DNA of 64,000 nucleotides from Octopus sinensis (Eukaryota): NCBI RefSeq assembly GCF_006345805.1, contig NC_043004.1:48174001-48238000 (forward strand). The letters run 5' to 3'. The first letter of the stretch is position 1. Each line of letters begins with the position of its first letter. This document shows, piece after piece, positions 53,541 through 64,000 of the stretch. Below the pieces are notes generated by a model. It searched no databases and was not told the origin of the DNA. It saw only the letters and a program-made list of their open reading frames with translations. The translations under genes and the position numbers were made by a program.

Positions 53541-55651
53541 GACTTTTCTCGAGTTTGAAATGTGGATTTGTTTTTTTTTATTTTGTTTGTTTTTTTTTAC
53601 ATTGCTTTGTATCTTTGTTATAGTAATCAGCTTGTTTCTCAGGGAAAATGTTCACATAATTAAAAACAGAACAGAACATACATACATAACGTACGTAATG
53701 GTGCTAAAATGTCTACGTAGAGTATTGTCTATTTTTTTTTTTTTTTTTGGTGATATTAATAGTACCCATTACAATACATTTTATTGATACAATTCTGACA
53801 AAAAATAAGTTAGCTTTTTTGAATAAAACATAAGAAAGCACTGAAATTTAACTGGTAGAGAATGCGTGGGCTGTTACTACAATCGACTTGGCAAAAACGA
53901 AAACCTGATCATCTATGGCAAGTCGTGGAATTGGTACAAAGCTCCCGGTTCTGCCTATCAATGCCTTACTGAGTGACAATTACTGTTCACCAACAGATGG
54001 CGAGTTATAGAAATGAAGAAAAAATAAGTACACAACCAAAATGGACCACCTGCCTGCAAAAAAAAAAAGGATATCGATAGACCCAGAAAAATCCATTAGA
54101 GCAACTGAGTAATATCATATTTTGCAAATGAGGAATTAAGCCAGTGAAGTTGTTAGGTTGGCTCATGACTTACACTAGTTCTACGAAAAGAAAAGGAAAT
54201 ATGCATTCGGGCAGTTACATGAAGAGGATAAAGTGCCATTGGGGTCTAAAATAATCCAACAATTCATATTTTAGCGCAAAGCCTGTGAGCCAGCAAGTTA
54301 CTTTAATGCGAAGAAATATAGTACTATAACTAGCAAAATCAACTTTCATAGCAAATAACAATATCAACGGCCTTGTAGAGTGTGCTCTCTGGAAAAATTG
54401 GTGAAAATGCAAGACACAACCAAGGCAAAAATAATAGTGATAACGGAAATAGAACTATAACTATTACACGGACCCGAAGTTTACAAATAAATAGAAAGGA
54501 GTGAAGGATGCCAAGAGATCAAATCACAATTTTTTCTACACGGTTTAAGCAATGCTTCTAAAATAAAAGAATGGCAGTGACACAAGTCGTTATATGTTAT
54601 AGATCCAGTTGCTAAAGAACACCAGGTTCAAGTTGCGGCTCCAGTGTCTAGCCGTTAGATGTTTTATGGTGAGGAAATTAGGATTTGCCAACAGATGGAA
54701 ATAATACAACCAAAACTGAACCATTTTCCTCCAAAAAATACATCGACAGGCTCAGAAAAAAACCCCACTGCGTAACTAGGTATTATCATGAGGTGCAAAA
54801 TAAATAATGAATTCACTAACCTCCAGCTATACTTTCAAGACAACAGAAAATCTACGGGAAGGGCCGATGAAAGATACTCACGGGTAAGATATTACCCTTA
54901 AACGCAAGCTGCGAGTATTAAACCGAAGGTATTTTTATCGAAAGGAATTACAAGATTGTAGAATTATCACTAGTAAATATACATTAAGCCCACTTGCTGT
55001 GCATTGTAGCATGGAATATCATAAGAAGTTTGTGAATGTTCCTCCTGGAGTGATCCGAAGTCATGTTTGCTCACATGTGACTACTGGCCATTTCTCTTAC
55101 CTCTGTCTTTTATGGACGTGAAGTCCACCTAGCTGGACGTCCTTTCTCTCGCCTCCCAACATTTTTATCTTCTACTATTTTTTCTCTTCTATTTATTCTA
55201 TATCACAATTTCTCCCAGGCATTACCCATTACAATGCGTCTTGGTCTAACGGCTCTCAATGTTTATCCTCGTCAATTGTTTACTCTGTATGTCCACTCTG
55301 TAATTGTTTGTTCATTCAAAGCCCTAACTCTCCATAAATTTTATATTTTTAAAATTTCTGGATGCTGCTGTCTTATGAAGTTTGTCGTTGAAAGCTCGAA
55401 ATAGGGAGTAATAAACAGTCGACAGCTGAGGAGAAATTATACTTCTTTTGATATTTTGTCCCGTACTTGCCTCTCGTTATGTATTTACGTATCTTTCACT
55501 CGTTGTTGATGTCCTGTTTTTGTGCATTTTTAGGTATTTTGTCCTATACTTATCTCTCGTGTGTTTATGTGTTTTTCGCTCGTTGGTGATGTCCTGTACT
55601 TAATGTGTATTTTTTAATATTTATTTATAATCGAACGCCACGCAGCCTTGT

Positions 55652-55695
<44 letters not shown>

Positions 55696-56219
55696 GACGG
55701 GCTTCTTTCAGTTTCCGTCTACCAAGTCCAGTCACAAGGCTTTGGTCGGCCCGAGGCTATAGTAGAAGACGCTTGTCGAAGGTACCATGCAGTGGGACTG
55801 AACTCGGAACCATGTGGCTGGAAAGCAAGCTTCTTACCACGCAGCCACGCCTGCGCCTATATTATTAGATATATTTTATTGATCTGTCACTATATTACAC
55901 TGCATTTTATATCATTATCGCAGCAGGTTCTAGGCGACGTGTTTATGCTTGCCTGCAATTGTGTTTGTATATGACATATCATTGTGCTTTTGTATATAAC
56001 ATTAAGTCATGTGAATGTATGCTTGAATGCATTAGTGACATTTCTGTATTTCTAATTCGCTAACCTTATGTTATGATTTCACTTTTCACTTTGTTATTTT
56101 ACAAGCAAGCAAACAGTCTTAAGTTATTGTATACTTACATGTGCGTGCGCGCGCATGTAGGTGTGTGTGCATATATAACTAAAATTTATATCATAATGTT
56201 AATACACAAACAACAAAAT

Positions 56220-57080
56220 TTGTTTCAACACTTGTGAATAACGACTTGGACCTCAAGTCCTACATCAGGATACCGAGACACCTACTGACAGAACCTTTGA
56301 AGGCCAGGAGATTGAAGAGATGCAGAATGGTTCTCACATACCTCAAGAAGCACGGGTCCACTGGCAAAATTTTCTCTGGCGAGAAATCTTCACAGTAGAT
56401 GCGGTTGTGAACTGCAGAAACGACCAGTACAGTGTGGAATCAACAGCTGACGCCAGGGGCACCGTCAGAACAAAACTTCCAGCCCATGTCATGGCCTTCG
56501 GTGTTGTGGCCTCCGACAGAAGAAAGATGCTCATCTACTTCTGCAAGTCTGGAGAAAAGATGGGTGCTGAAGCCTACTACAAGACGCTGAGATACCATGA
56601 TTTGCCATGGTTCAAGGTCAGCTACCCGGAGGGCAACTATGTGTGGATCCAGGATGGTACTCCCAGCTATACTGCCAAGAGGTACAGAATTTCTGCAAAT
56701 CAAACTTTGCTGCTTTCTGGCCTGCGAACTTCTGATCCTCTTCCAGCCCGGATCCCAACCCTCTGGACTATGCGGTGTGGGGAATTTTGGAGCATGCTAC
56801 CAACAAAACCTCCCATCCCGACATCAACTCTCTGAAGGCTGCCATCAATGAAGAATATGCCAGGATGTCCAGTGACTTCGTGATGAAGATTTGTTGCGGG
56901 TTTCCGAGTCCGTGTGGAGTCCGTAATTACAAACAATGGAAGCCACATAAAATAAATTATTCGTATTGTAATTGCATGTGAATGTTATTAAACAATCTTT
57001 TAATTACTAAAACTATTAATTCACAATGAAAAGGTTTCAAACATTACAGCATTAGTGCAAGTTTTGCTTCCCCACCCTGG
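56220..57080 (+). mobile_element. maT/DD37D-like Tc1/mariner transposase remnant with right TIR
   Basis: TVDAVVNCRNDQY, RTKLPAHVMAFGVVASD, EGNYVWIQDGTPSYTAK, NPLDY.VW; terminal agtgcaagttttgcttccccaccctg. Confidence 0.75.
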
Positions 57081-57525
57081 AAATATATATATATATTCTT
57101 TTAATCTTTTATTTGTTTCAGTCATTTGACTGCAGCCATGCTGGAGCACCATCTTTAGTCGAACAAATTGCCCCTCCAGCATCGCTTGACAACCGATGTT
57201 GGTATGTTTACGTCCCCGTAACTTAGCGGTTCGGCAAAAGAGAATAAGTACTAGGCTTACAAAGAATAAGTCCTGGGGTCAATTTGTTCGACTGAAGGCG
57301 GTGCTCCAGCATGGCTGCAGTCAAATGACTGAAACACACACACACATATATATGTATATATATACTACGGGCTTCTTTCAGTTTCCGTCTACCAAGTCCA
57401 CTCACATGACTTTGGTTGGCCCGAGGCTATAGTAGAAGACACTTGCCCAAGGTACCACGTAGTGGGACTGAAACCGGAACCATGTGGTTGCTAAGCAAGC
57501 TACTTACCACACACCCACTTCTACG

Positions 57526-57569
<44 letters not shown>

Positions 57570-57613
57570 TAGCTTGGGGAAACAAAAAGGAATGGCACAT
57601 GCTAAGCCTTGCA

Positions 57614-57662
<49 letters not shown>

Positions 57663-58283
57663 CTCTGGATGATAAACAAAAGATAGCCATTTGCTTGAAA
57701 AAAATTTTTAAAAAACATTAAAATATTATCTGTTTAAAGAAAGCTAAAATATAAATACTTCCTGTACAAAAAACTTATAGTTTGGAAATTGCATTCAGTT
57801 AAAACTATTTCTAAATTATTTAGAATATTGTGTACGTCAAAAAGTCGATTTTTTTCCTTAGAGAACGCGAATACTATGTGTGTATACATGTCACAGATAG
57901 CAGACGAGTGTTTGTGTTGATTGACATGCCATGACATTCATTATACGTGTGTGAATTCCGTATGTGGGTTTGTGTGTTGACGTCACGAAAGTAATGTTTT
58001 TTTTTCGTCAAGAAATAACAAATAAAAATTGTGTTTAATCGCTTTCCTTAATAAATTGAATCCCAAATATCACAAAACTTTGTACTACACTGCTGAAGGT
58101 AAATATGAAAGTAAATTAAGATAAATATAATATTTCTGAGATATTTCAGGTACACACAAACATCTCTAGAGTTTTAGTATTATCAAGATGTGGATAGAAG
58201 GGCATCTCTAGATAATATTATTACTAATATTACCATCACCAACACGAATACAACAATCACCACTCTTATTATTATCATTATTA

Positions 58284-58350
<67 letters not shown>

Positions 58351-58984
58351 CATTATTATTATTATTATTATTCAGTAGTCTTATTTTTATCATGTGCTTT
58401 CACTGCACTACCGAGCGCAGCTCTGCGTACCTTGGGTTTGTGCAGTTGTTTGTTCTGATGGTCAAACGCACATACATCCTATGTAAAGTGCTTTACATAG
58501 GACGTGTGGTGCCTAGTGGTGCTATTTTTAATGCTATATATACTTGTAAGTTGTGGTGTTTTTGTTATGTATCTGTCTGAATGTATTTTTTTATCATACC
58601 TAATGTGCCTACTATAATAGGAATTGTTTCTGTTTTTAGGCTCCACGTTCAAGTTAACTCTACTTCCAGATCTTTATACTTTGAAAGTTTCTCCATTTCT
58701 TTTAAAGAAACATTGTCATCTCTTTGTATTCATTCATCGATTAGAAGCCATTTTTTCTTCGTGATATCTGACAACTATATCCGGCCTATCAACCTTGATT
58801 TCTCTATCTATGTGTATTGGCATATCCCAAAGTATGGTTGCTTTCTCATTTTCTGTGACCTTTTCTGGGGTGTGCCTATACCATCATTTTTCTGTTGCTA
58901 TTTCATAGTATTGGCATAGCTTCCAGTGTATATAGGTCCCAACTCTGTTGTGTCTGTGAATGTACTCCTTCTTAGCCAGTACTC

Positions 58985-60135
58985 TGGTGGTGGTGGTGCT
59001 GGTGCTGGTGGTGGTGGTTTGGTGGTGGTTTGCTGGTGTGCTGGTGGTGGTGTGGTGGTGGGGTGGTGGTGCTGGTGCTGGTGGTGTGGTATGGTGGTGA
59101 TTGGTGGTGATGGATGGTGGTATGGTGCTGGTGGTTGGTGGTGGTGGTGCTGGTGGTGGTGATGGTGCTGGTGGTGCTGGTGGTGCTGGGTTGGTGCTGG
59201 TGGTGGGCTGCGGTGGTGGTGCTGGTGGCTGGTGGTGGTGCTGGTGGTGCTGGTGGTGTGGTGGTGCTGGGGGGGTGGGGTGTGGCGGTAATGGTGGTGC
59301 TGATGTGCTGGTGGTGCTGGTTGCTGGTGTGCTGGTGGTGCTGGTGGTGCTGGTGGTGATGGTGGTGTGGCGGTGACCCTGGTGTATGGTGGTGCTGGTG
59401 GGCTGGTGTGGTGGCTGGTGGTGCTGGTTTGCTGGTGGTGCTGGTGCTGGTGGTGCTGGTGGTGCTGGTGGTGATGGTGCTGGTGGGCTGGTTGCTGGTG
59501 GTGCTGGTGGTGTGGCGGTACTGGTGGTGTGATGGTGCTGGTGGGCTGGTGTGCTGTGCTGGTGGTGGTGGTGCTGGTGGTGCGGTGGTGCTGGTGTGCG
59601 GTGTGGTGCGGTGGTGCTGGTGGTGATGGTGCTGGTGGTGCTGGTGCTGGTGGTGCTGGTGGTGCTGGCGGTACTGGTGGTGACTGATGGTGCTGGTGGT
59701 GGTGGTGCTGGTGGTACTGGTGGTGGTGCTGGTAGTGCTGGTGGTGCCGGTGGTGCTGGTGCTGGTGGTGGTGCTGGTGCTGGTGGTGCTGGTGGTGGTG
59801 GTGCTAGGTGTGCTGTGTGCCGGTGGTGCTGGTGCTGGTGGTTGTGGTGGTGATGGTGGTGCTGGTGGTGCTGGTGGTGCTGGTGGTGCTGGTGGTGCTG
59901 GTGGTGCTGGTGGTGCTGGTGGTGGTGGTGTGGTGTGGTGCTGGTGGTCGATGGTGGTGGTGGTGGTGCTGGTGCTGTGCGGTGGTGGTGCTGGTGGTGG
60001 CGGTGGTGCTGGTGGTGGTGGTGCTGGTGCTGGTGCTGGTGGTGCTGGTGGTGCTGGTGGTGCTGGTGGTGCTGGTGGTGTGCTTGCTGGTGGTGCTGGT
60101 GTGGTGCTGGTGGTGCTGGTGGTGGTGCTGGTGGA
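58985..60135. repeat. About 1.15-kb cryptic (TGG)/(TGC) trinucleotide tract
   Basis: Seen directly; very low A content on + strand. Confidence 0.95.
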
Positions 60136-63100
60136 GATGACAATCATGATAATGATGATGGAATGTTACTGTTGCTTGCAGCACCCATTGAACAGATTAT
60201 TTTTGATTCAATATAGCTTTCATTCTATCTCAACGGAAACCAGTCAAGTAATTTATTCCAAAGGACATTCAGTTCAGAAACTACGGTATTCCTGAAAAAC
60301 TAAGGCTGGCATTGCTACCAGCGAGGTATTAGTGGTTCTGTGTAAAATCGAAAGTTCCTTGGAGTCGAGTATAGTCGAGATGTCCGTAGAGAGACACAAT
60401 CGTGCTTCTCGTATTTGTCTGTAAGGCCTAATCAATTTCTTCACGTTCTACTTGAAAAACAGAGTATGAGTTGGGGTGGAGATGCCACCCGCTAGCAAAT
60501 TTAATGAAAAATATGTGAAAGGGATAATAAGAAACATTAGAACCACGACCAGACATATTCGCAAAGATGTCGATGCTTGATTTGTTGTCAACAGTAGGGA
60601 TTTGAGATGATCGGAGAGTTGATGCGTAACAATGTGATTTGGTGGGACCTGTGTAGGCATCAAGTTCCAACTGACATGCGAAGATCAGAAATCCATTCTA
60701 AAGCTGTATCCCCATGGAGGAAGTGGAGAGAAGGTTATCAGGCCCGTGGTGGAGACAAGATTATCCGAGGAATGGCAAAGAACATTTGAAAGTCGTCTGC
60801 GCAGAGAAGAAGGAAAGGCGGAAGAAACAGGAATGCAGTAGAAGGCGGCAGATGCAGTAACAGTAACAACACCAACTTACCCGGAAGTAAGGAATTTAAC
60901 TGCTGCTGTTGTTTCTATAGCAACGGTCATTGCACCTCTGTAATATCTGTAGAGGAGATAAGACAACCGAACTCGTTTTCAGTGCCGTTAGCACTAGTAC
61001 TCGATGATGATTGAGGACGTTTCTTCGTCCGGAAACTACTAGTAACACCACCGCTACTGTCTTGCAGTGAATGGCAGACGATAGCAGTTGGAGGGGAATA
61101 AGAAAGCACGAAGAAATTTGAAAGAGAAAAAAGAAACAAGCAAAGTGTGGTCCCCAGCAGAAGACAAAGAAGAGAGAAGAAAGTAAAATACCTCATGAGG
61201 AGGCACCCATAGCCATAGAGCCTTGCCTTACAATGAATACTGGCTTTCTTGGTCTGTTGCTAACCCTGGAAAAGAATGGAGTAAATAATATGTAAATGAG
61301 AGGAGGGTTGCAGCACACACCAGTGGACCTTGGAGACTTATGATAAAGAAACGTTAACGATCTACTAATATGGACGAAATAAACCCCAGATAATATGGGG
61401 TCGTTTAACGGTTCACTTATGGCCAAAATATTATGTAGGCGACTTCAAAGTACCGGGAGTATCTGATTGAGAGAAAACATTTGGAGTGAAATGTGTCTAG
61501 AGACGGGAGGGTTCTGATCCTATCTCGTACACAGGTATTCACCTTGTGTTGATAGATTATGCTTCTTGTTTTAGTTGTATCTATTTTTAATTATATTTAT
61601 TTGTACTTAGTTATAATTAGTATTACTTGTATTTGTATATCTCTCTTAATTATATTGCCCATCTCTTTTATGTCATTTATATGTGTATGGGGTTTTGGTT
61701 CGTTTGCTTTTGTTATTACCGATGTTGTTTCTGTGCTTGTGCAGCTAAGATTAATGTCTTGTGTTTTTGTTTTTAGTTCCGTCTTGATTTCTCTTTTGTG
61801 GGTGTAACTTTTGCTTTGTGTTTTACAGCCCCTTCTCGTAACAGCATGCATCTCGATGTGTCCTCCTTTTTCTCTTCTTCATTTGACGATTACTCGGATG
61901 AAGGCTGCTTGATATATATTTTACAAATATATCGAACCTGGATGACACAGGCTGCCTGATACAGCAGGGCTTCCAACTAGAGTTAATTAAAATCACCTTA
62001 GCCACATTAAAGTCGCAAACCTTTAACAAATTCGTTGGAGGGGAACACTTCCTCGCCAACTTCACTTTCCTTTACTTTTGAACTTTTATGCCGAGGACTG
62101 CTAGACGTAACTTCTAAAATCCTTTGGTCTAGCAGTGCTACCAGGACAGGCACGGATGCCTCGAACAGTTTCAGGGCTGTCTGAGATGCATGCAGACAGC
62201 CCGGATCCCACTCGCGCAGTATCCGAGCATTAATGACTTGAAGAGTCATGTCAAACATACGTTGTTGTGAATAGAACAGGTCCAGCTATCGGCCGAGTTT
62301 ATCGTGAAAATCGCCTCAAAACCCTTTTAATAGGGATGGGAAGGTAATGCTCCTCTGTCTGGGGGTTATGGCGAAAGTGCTTTTTGTGCTGGACGAGACA
62401 GAGGATAGAGACGGTTCTCTTCAAGCAAACCCTCGTTATACTTGCAAATCAAAGTGAGAGGCGCTCTTCCCCAGTGGACTTGTCAAATCTGTAACAAGAA
62501 CGATTATGATGAACGAAACTTCTGTAAGTATTTGCCTGTAGATGGGAGAAAAACTGTTGGCAGAGAGTAAACTTGGACTTGTAGTGTTACTTGTTTCTCC
62601 CAAGAAGACTGTATCATTCATACGCTCATGTTTTAGTATATCATGTATACTTTTCATCTCCTCTCCCTCCACCACCTTTTCTTCACCCTATTTTATGTAA
62701 ACATCCACGCAAAGTGTAATCTAACGTGTCCTTTATAAGACGCCCCTGTGGCAAATAAGATAACTTGCCGACAAATTTACATCAAACGGCTGCAATTTTG
62801 AGGGACAACTGAAAGTGCACATTCTCAGAAAATATTCTGAATCTACTACACTTTCCGTCCTCAAAATGCATGAGGATAAATATATTTGTGAATTATTAAC
62901 ATCACGCTCTGAAGGAAAGAATAAAATAACAGGCGAATTTCATCATTCTTACACAAAACTGTTCGACTAAACTTACTTTTTTTCTTTCTTTCCTTTCCGT
63001 TTTTCCTTTCTTCTTTTTCTTTTTACCAGGTACAAAATTGAAAACTGATGTCATTGTATCAAAATAAGAACGCTGGAGTTGCTCGTTTATATTTTAAATG

Positions 63101-63189
63101 TCTTTGTTTCTGCAATTGTTTTCATTTTACATTTTGAACCTGGAAAAACAGACGATCTATTGAAATATCGTTCAAACCGTTAGATAAAC

Positions 63190-64000
63190 AACTTATTCGG
63201 CCATTAAGTATGAAATCTGTAGAAAAGAAACAAAGTTTGCTAATGTTTTATAAATACAAAGAATAGTTTTATTCATCAAAAGTATGCACCCATATTGTCA
63301 ATACACTTTGCCATTTCAGCGGTAGCTTGTCCAACCCGGAACTGTAAAAGCCTAGCAATCTAGAGTCAATAAAATCTTGGAATGCCTGTTTTACAGCATC
63401 GTCGGAATTAAATATTTTTCCTGTCAAAAACTTATCCAAAATTCTGGAAGACGTAGTAGTCAGTGGGGGCAAGATCATGTGAGTATGGTGGGTGATGGAA
63501 AACTTGCAACTCCAACTCCTGTAGTTTCGCCACAGTTATGTTTGCTATGTGTGGTCTGGTGTTGTCCTGCAATAAAATAGAAGTGCATCTGATGACTAAT
63601 CTTTTTTTCTGCATCATTAAGTCCAGTTGGCTGCAGTATATTTCGGCCGTGATTGATGAGCCAGGTTTAATGAAATCATAATGGATCACACCTGCGCCAG
63701 ACCACCAAACACACACCATCACCTTCTTTTGATGAATTTTGCTTTTTGGACTGTTTTGGTGGCTCGTCTTTGTCCAACCGTTGTGCTGAACATTTACGGT
63801 TGTTGTGATGGATCCATTTCTCATCACATGTTACAATTCGATTCAAAAGTGATTCATTTTTGTGAGGAGAAAGTATCATAATGCAGACTTCGAAACGTTG
63901 CTGTTTCTGATTTTCATTGAGTTCATGTGGAACCCACTTATCCGACTTTTTCATTTTACCGATTCAAACTAGGTGAGTCAATATTGTTTGCTTGCTCACA
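63190..64000 (-). mobile_element. mariner (DD34D) transposase, frameshifted, running off the window end
   Basis: KWVPHELNENQK..RFEVC, RIVTCDEKWI, KVMVCVWWS, LQDNTRPH, HPPYSHDLAPTDYY. Confidence 0.9.

Noticed and set aside
58884-60295. 419/391-aa His-Pro-Thr-rich or Gly-rich protein genes
   Set aside because: Explained by a trinucleotide tract that lacks stops; no splice or domain support.
60200-62260. Coding-like patches (60428-60789, 61193-61426, 62007-62258) and similar patches at 21700-22600, 36440-36950 and 38740-39010
   Set aside because: No recognisable motif or splice structure; probably decayed LINE ORF1/3' remnants, but I cannot assign them without a search.

Overview
AT-rich, repeat-saturated animal genomic DNA. 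The SINE/LINE content resembles a coleoid cephalopod such as Octopus; this is my recognition, not a database result. The only host gene I can support is a minus-strand ANL-superfamily adenylate-forming enzyme locus (acyl-CoA synthetase/luciferase-like) at about 5.2-16.2 kb, and its architecture is unusual. ONE short N-terminal coding exon (16106-15961, MSSYLH...HQIT-M, GTAAGT donor, phase 2; not in the ORF track) precedes FOUR tandem ~1.47-kb cassettes: D 15132-13656, C 11703-10245, B 9387-7920 and A 6773-5307. Each cassette begins at a phase-matched splice-acceptor position, encodes the catalytic body and has its own stop; B, C and D also have an AATAAA. B, C and D are intact. A has lost its acceptor, reading frame and poly(A) signal. 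I found no copy of the N-terminal exon in front of A, B or C. Differences between cassettes cluster in the predicted substrate pocket. Best model: a constant first coding exon spliced to mutually exclusive catalytic terminal exons, giving 534-540 aa isoenzymes. The rest of the window is decayed mobile DNA (pogo, Tc1/mariner, maT, Penelope-like elements with hammerhead-like motifs, RTE, Tx1, R4/Dong-like LINEs in (TAA)n, Gypsy, a MITE, a Helitron end, tRNA-SINEs) and microsatellites. All alignments and counts were done by eye.
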